Position numbers and translations under genes: made by a program. DNA of 63,923 nucleotides, filler included, from Sluysia triapertura (Eukaryota), in assembly GCA_046118255.1 (NCBI GenBank). It is 5 parts of 5 records of this genome, joined end to end, with 100 filler letters (N's around TTAATTAATTAA, not from the genome) between each part and the next. Parts side by side here need not be neighbours in the genome. Positions count along the whole stretch, not along the records: positions 1 to 11,680 come from JBJNIA010180583.1; positions 11,781 to 23,946 come from JBJNIA010133289.1; 3 more parts are not named here. One strand, given 5' to 3'. The notes beneath the pieces were generated by a model. That model saw nothing but the letters and a program-made list of their open reading frames with translations. It made no database searches and had not been told where the DNA came from. Positions within the stretch are counted from its first letter, which is position 1; every line of letters starts with the position of its first letter. Shown here piece after piece: positions 1 to 13,564 of this stretch.

Positions 1-1109
1 TATATATATATATATAAGATTTCGATAATAAAAAATCGAAAAATAATTCACTATAAGTAATTCGATGTTAACTAGATTAATCCTTTATTATATGATAGTT
101 TTCTTTTAATTTTATATATTTATTTTGTATTTGATGTTTTATTAAATTACTTCATTGTAATATATACTTTGGTGTTTGATCATTATCTGCAATTGGATAA
201 ATAAAGTATAGACTAAACCCGATACTTCATACATAATAATTAACAAAATTAATGATTCATTTTAATTCAGAATTTAAACTCGGTCAGTTTGAACCTAACA
301 AACAAACAAACCCTAAAGCTGATTAACTAAGAAATACATTTCAAAAGACCATCAGAATAAAAGTATAGAGATGTAGTATCCCTTACTTGGATTCACACAA
401 TTATAAATACTATTCTCAAAAGGTTTATCTATAATCTTGTGATTTATATCCTTACAGAAGTCACAGTTACAGGTTCTAGTCAAATATCTACGAACAAGGT
501 CTTCAATCAATGCTTGTTAATTAAAATATTCGTCAAATAAAGGTTTTATTTAAACAATTTACTTAGCTTAATTCTTTAAGATGTAAGTCTATTTATGAGG
601 AAAATGATTTCAAAATTGATTATTTACTCGAATTAGATTATCTTATTTTTTATACTTAATTTGTGATCACTCTTAAATAGATATCTAACTCTAAATTTTA
701 TAAGCACTTATTAAGCACAATTAATTTTATGAATAATAATCTTTAAATAAACAAATAATTGATAACAATCAAATTAACAGATATACCTTTAATTCAGTGA
801 AGATGAGGTTATAAAATTGAATCTTGTTCATATCATTTCTATGAGTTCTTACCATTACATAAAATTGAAGTAAATTATACAAATTACTTTAAATTTCAAA
901 TTAATTTTTTAACTTTTGAATTAAAATCACTGGACTTAATTTTTAAAAGAATTTATGTATAGATAATTTCTTAATGAATTATTACTAAGTAAATGGAAAA
1001 ACTAAAATAATAAACAATTGATATATTGAACACTACTTTTACCTTTTATAAACTATTAGACATATAAAGACATTGAGTAAAAATAAAATACTAACAAAAG
1101 CATATTTAG

Positions 1110-1300
1110 TAGGGCTGCGGAATTTAAAGATTAATTAATCGATTATTCGTTAATTTATTTTAACTATTAATCAGATTCAAATTCAGTCTTTAGCCCATCT
1201 TGATAAATGTATGAAAGTCCAGGAAACAAAAGTAATAACACCAAAATGGCGACAGAGAAGAAGCAATTACGAAAACATTTTGGATTTAAATTATTGGCTG
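1110..1300 (+). mobile_element. Possible degenerate hAT transposon left end with BED-finger-like remnant
   Basis: TAGGGCTG terminus followed by GATTAATTAATCGATTA subterminal motifs; ORF 1207 contains RKHFGF, similar to the W-x-H-F start of BED fingers. No matching right end seen. Confidence 0.3.
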
Positions 1301-2259
1301 ACTGTAATATCAAAATGCTGACAACGTTTATTGTGTTCAGATTTTATCTTAAAACAATTATAAATTTTATGCTCACTAGGTTCGCCTATAATCTAAGTTT
1401 TATATCCCAGGGAAGACTTAGTTATAGGTAAGTCAAAAGTTTCTACGAAAAGTGTTCCTTATGTCTTAGACGGAGGGTCTTTAATTACACTTACTAAGTT
1501 TGGTGTGAACTTCTAAAATTATTTTTAACTTAACTTTTACTTCAAAACAAAATAACAAACAACTGATACGTATTGTATCCTACGAAATTCTATTACCAAA
1601 ATTATAAATACAAACTGGGTGTTAATTGACAAGTACAATAAAAACAATGATAATAATAATAAATAATTTAAACAAATTTAGGATTTCTCCTAATTTTCAA
1701 TGCAATAGATTTTAAAAAATGATTTTGACCCAGGTGAATACTTGGGTTTATAAAAGTTTATTAAGATTTTAGAGTGGATTTTAATACAGTTTATCACTGT
1801 ATAAAACTTAACATAAATAGCTTACAATTATATGAAAACAAATCCTCCGATAGCAAAATTCCAAATATTAACTAATATCCTTTCCAATAAAATGTGATCC
1901 TTGTGGTCAATTATTTTCAATATTTTCTCCAACAAAATTTAATCCAAATCCGTGCGTTTCGTTCGTTTAACCAAATTATTTCTTGATTATCTTTTCCAAC
2001 AAAATACGATCCAAATTCGTTAACCAAATTATTTTCGATTAATTCGTTTTTTGATTTCTCCACCTCCAAATATGATTCCTCAAACGTTACACCGGCTTCA
2101 AAGATTTTTAAAAAGAATTATGAATATTGTTAGAATTTTCCGCTATTTATGTAAGTTTTTGTTCAAGATAATAGATAATAATTATTTTAAATGTAAATGT
2201 GTAATTGAAGATAAATATTTATTTGCTAACTAAATTAATCATAAAAATTACATAGTTGT

Positions 2260-2460
2260 TTTTATCTAAATTAAATTAGTAATTGTTAAAAATTATCTAC
2301 AAAATTACAAAAATTATGTCTACAAATTTAGTTAAAATTATCACAAAAATTATATCTACAAATTTAATTGAAAAATTATCTACAAAATTATAAAGTTCAT
2401 AACTAATTAAAAAAATTATGTCTACAAAATATCTGTTATCTGTCTACAAAAATATCTACA
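2260..2460. repeat. Degenerate short tandem repeat (AAAATTAT[GT]CTAC-like units)
   Basis: Several imperfect copies of aaaattatctacaaa / aaaattatgtctacaaa. Confidence 0.6.
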
Positions 2461-2508
2461 CATGCAAGTATTATAGCAAGTAGTTTATTAAATATAAATT
2501 TTCCATTA

Positions 2509-3560
2509 ATGAATAAGTCAGTTTATCTTAAATTGTTTGTGCAATTTTTTCTCCAAACGATACCATTTCTATATACTGTATCTGAAAAACCGATTAGTAA
2601 TAGTCTCGTTATGCCGACTCCGCTACTTATTTTTAACGTTGTTTATGTTTTAATTTCATTGTTTTATTTTAACTCAAAATCATGCAACAATGACAAAACC
2701 ACGAAAATGATATGATTAGACTAAAATATTACAAGCATCCACCAATAGTAACAGTTCGTACTCGTTCTTTGATTATGTTCAGAGGTTGTAGTTATGTTGC
2801 AGCTGTTGCTTTAATTATAGTCAAAGATATGGATATATTTCGAATGAAGTTCTTTAATGAAGTCCATTAAACATATGGTACAGGTTTAATGGATACGGGT
2901 CTTGATAATTTTGTAATATTTATGGGTATATTTGGATCTAGTCGTCATTGGATTAGTAACAGAAGTATTCACAATAAAATGAAAGCAATGTTTTGCACAA
3001 TATATTCTTCTGTATTTTTACTGATAATTGGTTTTATTTATCAAACTATTCAAATAATTTTTGTTAATTAACAAAGAGAATTTTACGCATGGACTTTTAA
3101 CATATTTTATGTAATTTCCATTGTAAAGTTATCGGGTAATTTTATAAAATTGTTTTGTTTCAATATCATACCCTTTTGGTTCATATGTATATTTATCGGT
3201 GTTATTTTCGAAATTATTTTAACGGTTTTTGAGGTTAAGAGTAGTATAAAAACTTATAATAACCAAAAAGTTATGAATTTTTTTGAATCAAATGTGGAGT
3301 TGATTTTTTTGATTATTGGTTTGCACACGTTGTATTTTATGGGAGCTTCTATTGATCAATTTATTTTTAAAACATGTTCAAGATGTTCAGAAACAAAGAT
3401 GAAACCGACGTACCAAATGGCTTTGTCGATATTTTTTATTTCGTTTTTATTATCTCTTATATACTCACTTAATCAACATTATAATATAATAGAACCATCG
3501 TAGTGGAAACTGTGTAATTTATCTTATGATTGCATTTTTTCTGTACGATTGTAGAAATTA
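2509..3560 (+). pseudogene. PIGW: PIG-W/GWT1-like GPI inositol acyltransferase pseudogene (multi-pass membrane; stops and frameshifts)
   Basis: Collinear motifs across frames: LIMFRGCSYVAAVALIIVKDMDIF..*TYGTGLMDTG (cf. PIG-W AILAVDF..F..YGTGAMDFGVG), EFYAWTFNIFYV (cf. EYGVHWNFFFT), FFESNVELIFLIIGLHTLYFMG (cf. NANREGIISTLGY), EPS*WKLCNLSY (cf. SRRxANLxY). Confidence 0.55.
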
Positions 3561-6500
3561 ATGAATACAAAATATATGATACAAATTTCAATAGTTCAGC
3601 GGAAATAGAAATGGAACCTAGAAATAGCAAATTATTTCTTTTTGAGACCACCCAATAAAAATGAAGTCGTTTGTGGCTGTAATTGTGCAGTGCGGCTTCT
3701 TGATGTAATGTTCGGGTGCTGTCTTGTTTGGAGGATGTTCTTTGCAGTACAGCTAATTTTATTAATTTTGTTTATACTCGTTCTTCACTTGTTATATTTT
3801 ACTTCTAATAAAATATCACACTTTGTTATTGTTTTAGATTTGTTAATTTTTACAGGCCTTAAGCCTATTTTGTTAAGAATCATCAAATTAAAGTTAAATT
3901 GTTTTTACTTAATTAATGTTTTAAATTTTCGTAATAAAAGATTTAAAAAATATAAAAATAATCATCATTTTAATAAAATAATTTATTTATCGCCCTCCAC
4001 ATTATTATTTTTTTATTATTATTCAATGAAAGATTGTCATAAAGCATTTAATATGAAATATGAAAAAGTTATCGACTTTTTGGAATTAGTAATAAAAACT
4101 TTAACTCGTAAATATTTATTGGACAATTAAAATAGAATTATGAATAAAATAATTTGGAGTTATGTAGAAGTGATTGCGATTCAGATTTAGCTTGTATAGG
4201 TATTGGTTATACATATAAATATGATGGTATATGTGCTGTGGCTTTGATACTTTTATTTCAAATTTGGAATCTCAATATATTCTTTAAAATATCACAATTA
4301 TATTACGAAAATTCTTTTATAATATATAAATAAATCAATTATTCTTTTAATAATAAAATGTCTTAAATATATAATTTCATTAACAACTTCAAAGTTATAA
4401 AATTACTACCAGAGGTGACACACTTAAATAAAATGTTGACGCTTATTAACAACTAAAAAGAAAATTAAAAAAGCAAAATACTAATCATTTTTGATCACCC
4501 TAATATTTATTTTAGTTGTCGAAGAATAAGCTTCAATTTCACCGTTTTCTACAAATGAATAGACCTAGCGTCCTTAAAGCTAAAAAGTCTTTAATTCCTT
4601 GTTTTTGTGTTCTGTTTTCTGCAAAAAATATGACTGCTTATAAAGTCCTTTAACAATAATTTTGGAGGTTGGAAGTTGGACAAGGCGGAAATTACAGTAT
4701 TCTTTTTGGTCGGTCACGAGCCTACCAATTTTAGTGATTAAATACCAATAGTAATTTCAGCATATGTCCAATTTCATTATCTTTTGTAATTACCCAAAGA
4801 TAATGGGATTTATGATAAACAATTTCCTTATCTTTTCAGCATAATCAAATTAAAATTTAATATCATTATTATATAGCCATTCTATCAAAAATCCAATTTA
4901 TTAACTTAAATTAAGGATAAAATCAATGAAATAGTAAATTTATTTTTCATATATATCTTTTGCATAATACATTGTTCATCAACCTTACGTCGTAAGTCAA
5001 GTTTAATAACAGATATGAATAGGTATCTTTATAAGCATTAATTTAATATATACTCTACATATACTTGAACATCGGAATATATGTAACTTTAATTTTAAAT
5101 TGTAATAGCTAATTTTTACATTATCTACGTCGACTTTATCATTAAGAATACTACTAAAACTCATCATCATACACTAAATTTAATATTATTTTATCACGAG
5201 CACATACTTCTTATTAAGTTATCAAATTAAACTAATTTTATTTAAGTTAATTAACAAATTTAATTTAATACTTTAACAAATAAAACATTATAAATGGTTA
5301 TTTCTTCATGCTTTTTATTCTTTTGTCTTGATTCTAATTTTTGATACACTTATTTTGTTATTACAATTCATCATAATGCTTTATCTTAATTCCTCAATGA
5401 CGCTTAATAAACCTTATGTTTCTTCTTATCCTTCACTAATCATAGCAGGTCCGTTAAAAATAAAACTATGGAAATTATTGCGATCATGTATGAAAATAGA
5501 ATAGACACATTTTGTTTAATATAAACTTATATCAAAGATTATGAAATATTAATTCATTAAATTTGATTGTCTTGATTAAATAAAAATACTTCGAATTAAT
5601 TAAAGAAATTAAATCTTTATATGAAAACATTTACTAAATCTAGAAAGGAACTTAAGGTTCGAGTGCAAAATAAAATCAAAAATAGAAATTTTCATATATT
5701 GGAAAAAGGCGTATGCCACTAAAAATTAAATAAACATATAATCCAGACATGATAGGGATACATAAACAGGCTAGAACCTTCATTCGTAGACATAATGTAA
5801 ATATAGTTTCATACAAAAAGACCTAAAAAAACAACAAACTCAAAGAAATTATAGCTACTTCGAGATGATACATAAAATATAAATCTTCATTAATGAATCG
5901 ATCCGACATTGAGGTTTCAATGCCTACTAAGAATTTTCCAAAACATCCCATTCCTGTTGGTGGATAAATTGTTTGCAAACATACCTCCAAAGCTGGCATA
6001 TTAGTAAATTAAGCTGATGTGGCGTGGAATACAAAAAACCATATTTCTAAACCATTTTCAAAATGTCTGGTAGAGCTAGTACAGCTTCAGAGCTTAGATT
6101 GATCTCAGATTCTACCGACTTAATCTCGTTGTTCCTTTGAAAAAGGTGTTTAGCGTACTTGTTCGATTGGGTATTTCCCGTGCTTAATACACAGAATATA
6201 TTTTTAAACCTAGAACTTATTTAAACAAAAAGTAAGGTTTTAAATAAGTAAAATAAATTCGAAATCATATTTTGGAAAAATTTTGAACGTTGATATTGTA
6301 TGCGTTTGTGTCTTCTTAAATTTTTTATACTTAAACATTATATTCTAAATTTACAAAATAATCATCACCAAAAAATTCACGAATAATAACATTATCAAAT
6401 TAACGTTTTTGAATTTGAGCAATTTTCGTATCATATTCCTAAGCAACTTTAGATTTTACCTTCTCATCATCAGGAATAGTTATTTCAAATTCTTTATCAA

Positions 6501-7482
6501 ATTCAAATTTTATTTTAGGAATTTTAATAATACCTTATTTGCACTTCATTTTAGCCAACTTTAACAAAAGTTGATCTGTTAAAAGCAATACATATTTACA
6601 ACTAAATCGAGGGCGACATATTGAAGATGCTTCAAATCGTTCTGAGATTCGAGTATGAACACCTGAATGTATTTTTGCACTTGGACACTAATAAAAAGTG
6701 TCTCTTAGAATATATAGTGTTTGCTTTCAGTGTGTGTATTTAGACAAAGTCTTTATCTAGAATATTGAGAATATTGGTACAAGGATGAGAAAATGATAAA
6801 AATGACAAAGAAAAATAAAAAAGGAATAAATTAATAAGGATTTCTTATGGCAAAGACGAAGAAACGAACTACGATGTTGGTAACTTAGAATTAGAGTCAA
6901 CTGGTTGATGTTAATAAATTTGATATAAATAAGTTTATATTAAAATTTGTAGATTGTGATTTGTGATTTGTGTATTGAGTTTTGTGTAAAGAAGTGACAA
7001 TGTGTAAAGTGAATTTTGAGTATATTGTGAATAATGACGCATGTGATTATTGTTTGTGCAGATACGTGATATTATTTATTGTGCAGACATAATTGTTCGT
7101 ATTGTTATTTTAATATTGATTATTTATTATTAATAATTTGTGTAATATTATTGATTATTTATTGTTTTCGATTTTTAAAATTATTTTAATACTTGTGGAT
7201 TATTATAATTGTTAATATCTGTGGAAATAAATTAACGTAAGTACTTATTAATTTATAAAAGTATTTATTAATTCATAAAATAATAGTTCTAAATAATTAA
7301 AATAGTTCTAAATTATTCTATTTTTTCATTTTTATTTTAATTGGCTTCAAGGCTACTACAAAGCATATATAAAAACATGAAAAAATTTATACGAGGCACA
7401 ATAAAAAAAGAGTTTCAAAAATTTCAACAGTGCTTTGCTGATTTAAAACTTATATACTTTCTCTCTGTTAGACTTCGTAAAA

Positions 7483-7554
7483 TGGACTGACCAGGAATCG
7501 AACACAGGACCCTCGCTGCAAAGTTCGACTGCTCTACCACTGAGCTATCAGTCC
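7483..7554 (-). pseudogene. tRNA-like sequence / tRNA pseudogene with disrupted anticodon arm
   Basis: Minus strand: GGACTGA TA GCTC AGTGGTA GAGC A GTCGAACTTTGCAGCGA GGGTC CTGTG TTCGATT CCTGG TCAGTCC A. Perfect 7-bp acceptor stem, intact D-arm and A/B boxes; anticodon and T stems mispaired, so identity is uncertain (Ala-TGC or Cys-like). Confidence 0.7.
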
Positions 7555-9183
7555 CCTCTAACAGTTTTATTTTATTATTGTCAATTTTAGCAAATGGCAC
7601 TTTAAGCCTTTTTACCCCAACATCTCCGTTTGGGATCATAATCTTCAACATCTGTTCTCAAGGAACAACTACAAATTGAAAATTCCTTTTTATTTAAATT
7701 GAGTAATTTAAAACACGTTAGTTTATTTTTGTAAGGTTTTGATACTTGTAAGTATCGTACGCAAAATCCACTAAAAATCTTTTTTAAAGTTAAATGGAAC
7801 CTTATAACGGTTTCTACGCAAAATCAATTTAAAATTTATTGTAAAATAAAGAATTAACTTCAGTAGTTAATCTACGTTACAATTTTATTCCTTAAATTAT
7901 AATTATTGAATTTTTGTATAATTTTGATTAATATACATTAGTGTAAAAAGGTTTTGTTATTTTTGTATAATAAATAATTTACATAGTTTCAAAATCAAAA
8001 AATCACACGTATATCGAAAGCTTTATCAGAAGTTAATTCTGATAACATAAAATATTTATTACAAATCCTTTTCATAGGATTCACGAAAACTATTCTTTCA
8101 GTCAATACTTGAATTTATTCTTTAAAATAGCTCCAGAATTTAACTTAACTTTACTAAGCATTTAGGCACGCATTTAATCTTTAACTTTTTTGATTGCAAA
8201 AACCCAACGGCTAACCCTAACTGGTAAACCTAGTACGTTGGTGTCTCACGTTAAGATCTCTCTTTATTCTTTTATACTCTAACAATATCTTTTGTGCTGT
8301 TACTGTAATAAAGTTATTGTTTGTAGTTGGAACATGTGAAAAATAGAACATAATTAAACTGCGAAAATGAAGAAAAGTGTTCAATTGATTCTATTGAGAA
8401 CTATTTTTTGTCAAAACTATGAGATAATAAAAATAGATTTAACTATATTTAAAAATTATAAAAAGTTTTATTACATAAAATACATTGTTAGTTTTTGAAT
8501 TTGTTTAATTTTGATTTTTTAAAAGTGTATTTGTTAAGGTAATTTTAAGCTTTATAGTGTTAAAATATTTTTCTAAAATTATGATTTGTTTAACTATATT
8601 AATTTAACTACTTTAATTTTCAATTATCATTGTGCATTTTTTATATTAATTTATTTTTGTTTGAAAGTTAGTAAAATATTATGAGTTCTCTTCAGTATAA
8701 TGAAAATTACAACAATGAAGTTCTGAATCCGAATGCATTTATTCTGAATGTCCCAGTTTTAATAATATGCTGTATTTTTATACTTTACTTTACTATAAAA
8801 TTTAGGTTTTGCTGCGTTTGCATTTATTGCATGTATTATTTTTATAACAGTGTCAGTATTTTATTGGAAAAAACAGCAAGAACACAATAAAACAGATAAA
8901 CTAAATTATTATGAAAGTAATATTAAAAATTCTTATGTTGCATATCAAATGACTATATAATTTAACAGATCTCGTTTTTGATATTTTCTATTTTTATATT
9001 TATCTAATATGATGGTTTTATGTGTAGCTCAAAAATAGTTGAAGTACACTTAATACGGGGATTTATTTTTTAAAATGTGTGAATTATTATGGCTCCATAT
9101 TGCATTTATGCTTTATTTAGTATATTGAAGTTTAAGTATACATAATATGTTAAATCAAATTAATATGTATTAAAACATGAACT

Positions 9184-10419
9184 CTAAGCATGTAACCTAT
9201 TTTCGCATTGTTCTGAAAATGTTTTATATAGCATTTTCATTATACCATTTGCTAATTCACAACCACCAGAAGCTTCAATTAATTTAATAATAAACATGAT
9301 GTCATGTTTTAAAATTTCTTTTTGGAAGCGTTTACGTATGTTTTCATCAATTAATTCTCCGTCACCTTCTATCATTTTTCTAACAGTGTTTGATTTGAAA
9401 CCAATAATGAATTGGAAATAATATTTTATTAAACTCATACAGTTTATGACTATACCAAAATTGCACAATATCCATAAAGTACCGAAAATATACGAATTTA
9501 TAACATTCCATGACAAAATGCATTGTCCAATGTAAACTTGCTCATAGCCCATCACTCTTGGCCAGCGGCATAAAGTAACTACGGGAAATACATGTTCATC
9601 GTTTCTCATAAAAGCTGATACTACAGTATTCCAATTTAAACCAAAACTTTTTGACATAATTACTAATTGCAAACCAAGGCATACTACAAACAAAATTTTG
9701 ACCATTACGTACGATCGAAATAATTTTGAATGTGATTCACTTTTGACATTGAATATTCTTTGTACAAATGAAATTATCTTATTTTTGTCTTTAGAAAATT
9801 CCTGTTTCGTTATTGTAGCAAACTTGAAAAGAATGTCAGACATTCTTTTAGCTACATTACGTTTACTACTTTCGTCTTTATTTCGTACTTCAATTGCAGC
9901 GTTATTAAATGCTTCTAAATCAATTTCGGACATTTTCTTTGAACAATAATCCCACAAAATAATTGGTACATATAATATTAATGTCATACTAGGTATAATA
10001 AAAATTAACCATTGATAGTAATCTGGAAAAAGAAATTAATGAATAAATCATTTTTAAAATTGACATTTAATATTTAAAAACTTATTAAACTTACTGATTC
10101 CTTTTGTTTTCCAAGCTAATTCCCATTCTTCATTAGTTGTTGGCAGCTTTTGCTTATGTAAATTATACGTACCGGATACCCAACAATTTGCTGAAAATGT
10201 TTTACCAAAATTTATAGCATCTGATTGTATTAAACTATAACAATTCATTGGATCTGTGAAACTATGACCAAAAATGGAACCAGCTGTTAATGTTGCAAAC
10301 AGAACAAATAAGAATATATTATAAAAATCAGACCAGTCGTGCATACGCACATCATTTGTTTGAAATGTTTTTCGAATAGCGTTTATAAATTCGTTAATTG
10401 ACATTTTGTGTATTACCAT
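9184..10419 (-). CDS. inx: Innexin (gap-junction protein), 2 exons: 10419-10095 and 10022-9184, about 387 aa
   Basis: A GT-AG intron at 10094-10023 joins the two ORFs in frame and creates the innexin signature NYYQW. First loop PMNC..NCWVSGTY, second loop FPVVTLC..GQCILSWNVINSYIF, four hydrophobic segments. Confidence 0.93.
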
Positions 10420-11490
10420 TAAATTATACCTTTTTTATATTATTTGTTTTGCGTCATTTCCGTATTAAAAGTATTTCCTAATTTTTTGTCAATTTATAAA
10501 ACATTATAAGTCACTTTAAATCCAATTTTATTTGTTTAAATCATCCGGAAAGGGATTTCTGTGTCAGGCATTTTTAAGTGATCTAGCAAGACACGCGTTT
10601 CTGATAGTCATCTAAATTTAGCTTTGCTTCTAGGAAACTAGTAATTGTTTCTAATAGTGCGATTTGAGTGGTTAGTACGACCTTGTTAGGTTTTAGAGTG
10701 TTGTGTTGGTTTATTTACATTTCAGAGAACGATAATATTTTGTTAACTACAAACTATGGGAACGATAAATTATTAAAAAAATAAAGAAAATGTAATTTGT
10801 TGTACATGAATATATTTCAATTTGTATTGGTGATATTTTATTTAAGATATATCCCAAAGAAGAGGGCTCAGAAACCATGAATAAAATAGTAAAATATTGA
10901 CTGAGTAAAAGAGTAAATATTGAGCCTATCTTAGAAACGAATCTTTCGTACAGTCATATTTCGTTAACTTTTGAAAAAACTGTAAATTTAGGGTTAACAT
11001 ATTGTCAGAATGGAATAAGAGTTCCGTGGAATGAATTTTGCAACTTGGTGTTGAGTCGTCTTTATTTATAGCGACAAAGACTATGTTCTTGTGAATTTTA
11101 GAATTTTTATTATATTGATATTGTTCTAGTAACTTATATTCAATAATATTTATCTTTGGAATTAAAACTTAGAGTAACATTACGAACATAGTTAACATAG
11201 ATAGTTTCATTAGTTTGTATAAGTAGTTCACATTGGATAACCTTTAAGATATAGGCTAGAGTTTATTTCAACTTCAATACCTAGTAGTCAGAGTTTCTTT
11301 TAACTCCTATTAAGTGAAGTTTCAATAATTTATAAAATTTGTATTTTATCTTTATTATTAAGCTTTACAAGACCAAAAAGATCTGATTTTATTGACCTTA
11401 TATAATAATAAAAAGACTATTTTTTGAATATTAAATAGTAATTAAACAAATCAAATTTGTAATAAAGATAATCCGATATATAAGATTTAT

Positions 11491-11680
11491 TTAACCCTTT
11501 CAGCCCCGAATTTTTTTCCTTAAGATATATGGTGATTTATTGTCTTTATATTGGGTTGAGGAATAATTCATGAGCGTTTTTTTTCAAATTTATTTTAAAC
11601 AACAAAACTACAACGATTTAATCAATAATATACTCTCCGTTGTTGTTTACAACTTCCTCCCATCGTTCAATAAGTTTTTC
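11491..11680 (+). mobile_element. Possible piggyBac-type terminus, cut off by an assembly gap
   Basis: TTAA followed by CCCTTTCAGCCCCG; the other end is not visible. Confidence 0.3.
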
Positions 11681-11789
11681 NNNNNNNNNNNNNNNNNNNN
11701 NNNNNNNNNNNNNNNNNNNNNNNNTTAATTAATTAANNNNNNNNNNNNNNNNNNNNNNNNNNNNNNNNNNNNNNNNNNNNATATATATA

Positions 11790-11991
11790 TATATTGATCC
11801 AGAATATCAAAATGTCCATGTATTATGCCATTCATATGTATTGGTGCTCGTTCCACATTATAGATTTTTGTTTGCAGTGGATCCACGAAAACAATTTCCC
11901 ACGTATTAGCTCCCGTGTCAATAACAGATCGAATCCATCTATTATTAAAGCGTACATTTTGAAAAATGTGTATGTATTCCAGTTGAGACAT
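11790..11991 (-). pseudogene. Retropepsin-like aspartic protease fragment
   Basis: VRFNNRWIRSVIDTGANT fits the V-x-x-N-G-x-x-h-x-x-h-h-D-T-G-A pattern; runs into a gap. Confidence 0.5.
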
Positions 11992-12199
11992 TCATCATCA
12001 TTTTTACTTGTTTATCTATTAATGACTGAACTGAAGGCGGTTTATCACGATCCTTCATTTTTGGTTTAACTTTTAAAATTGACTTGTTAATTGTTCGGTT
12101 TCTTAATTTATATTCGTCGTTTCGTACATCAGTTCATATGTTTTTGAATCTAATTTAGTGTCAGTAATAAATTAGTGTCAGTAATTTTCATCACTTCCT

Positions 12200-13110
12200 A
12201 TGTAATTTTGGTGATTGTCAACGTTTAGTTAATTGGTATTTAATGAGTACTTCATCACCAATTTGAAAATTATGTTGCTTAGTTTTTTTATCGTATGCAT
12301 TTTTATATAAATCCTGAGAAAATTTCATCTGTAAGCCAGCGCGTTTTCATGCATCTGGTAGCCTTTCATGCATTACTGTTGCATATTCTGGTGTTTCCCA
12401 GCATTGTGATATTGGTGGTATCCAATTCAAATCTACTGGCACATTTGAATGACGTCCATACATTAAATAAAATTGAATAAAATTTGTAGCTGGATGCACC
12501 GAACTTCTATAAGCGAACAGACATGTTGCGCTATATTGATCCCAGTCTGACTGTTTATCATTAACATATGATTGTAACATGTTTATTAATGTTCTGTTAA
12601 ATCGTTCAACTAGTCCATCAGTTTGCAGATGATACGGTGATATCTAGATTCTAAGTATGTCAAATGTTTTCGCTACGTATTTAATTACATCACTAGTAAA
12701 ATTGGTACCTTGATCTGTTAATAATTTTCTTGGTGTGCCATATCTATAAATTATTTTTTCTACGATTATTTGTGCGACAGTTTCAGTTTTTTGATTTGGC
12801 ATCGTATATACGTCGGGCCACTTAGTTAAATAATCAACAAATAAAATAATATATTTATTTCCGTTAATAGTTTCTGGCAGTGGCTCAATTACGTCCATTG
12901 CTGTAAATTCCATTCATGACAATGATAGAGACATAGGTTTTAATGTCACTCTTGCCTTAATTCCTGTGTTCTTTCTTCTACAACATATTGAACAATTCTT
13001 ACACCAATTTTTAATGTTTTCTTCTAGATCTTTCCAATAGTATTTACCTTTTACTGTGGGTAGTGTTTTTCTCTTAGACAGATGTCCACCTAACTGCCCG
13101 TCAATTGCCT
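12200..13110 (-). pseudogene. Gypsy integrase (zinc finger, DDE core, C-terminal region), frameshifted
   Basis: GGHLSKRKT..YYWKDLEENIKNWCKNCSIC; AMDVIEPLPETINGNKYIILFVDYLTKW; LLTDQGTNFTS; YHLQTDGLVERFNRTL; DWDQY..LFAYRSSVH; YDKKTKQHNFQIGDEVLI. Confidence 0.95.
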
Positions 13111-13239
13111 GACTTTCATTTAATGTTCTTTCGCTAATGAATATATAATAAAAGCGGTCTCTTTATACTCTCTTTGATGTTTAATGATTTCCTTAGTGTC
13201 CTGTACTTTATGTGATATTGACATAATTTGTTTAAAATT

Positions 13240-13560
13240 AATATTTCCTTTATCATCTGCATTTGTTAAGCGTGACATACAGTCAGCGCCATTATTTTGT
13301 GAGCCTGGTATATAAATTACTTTTAAATTGAGTTCTGCTAATTTGTTAAAACACCTATTTAATCTACTAACCATATCCCTATGATTGTACATATGTGTTA
13401 TGGTTTGTCGTCTGTATATAAATAAACTTTTTGTCGTAATAGGTATTGCCTACATAGTTTCATGAATGATCTATAGCCAAACATTCTCTTTCTATTGTAG
13501 AATAATTCATTTCAGCTTTATTTGACCGTCAGCGGGCATATCCAACAACTGCTTCCAAAT
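13240..13560 (-). pseudogene. C-terminal half of Gypsy RNase H
   Basis: VVGYAR*RSNKAEMNYSTIERECLAI...TDDKP...SRLNRCFNKLAELNLKVIYIPGSQNNGADCMSRL. Confidence 0.9.
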
Positions 13561-13564
13561 TATT

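Noticed and set aside
3642-4130. 162-aa ORF
   Set aside because: AT-driven composition, and it overlaps a dispersed repeat similar to about 27.2-27.4 kb.
6060-6180. Minus-strand SSEAVLALPD resembling an RT-RNase H connection
   Set aside because: Too short, with no flanking pol motifs.
9698-9949. Antisense ORFs opposite innexin (likewise 32044-32253, 15058-15240, 16365-16640)
   Set aside because: Shadow frames of the real coding strands.
11681-11780. TTAATTAATTAA flanked by N runs (also near 23991, 41600 and 53270)
   Set aside because: Identical 12-mer with stops in all six frames centred in 100-bp gaps; an assembly spacer, not biology.
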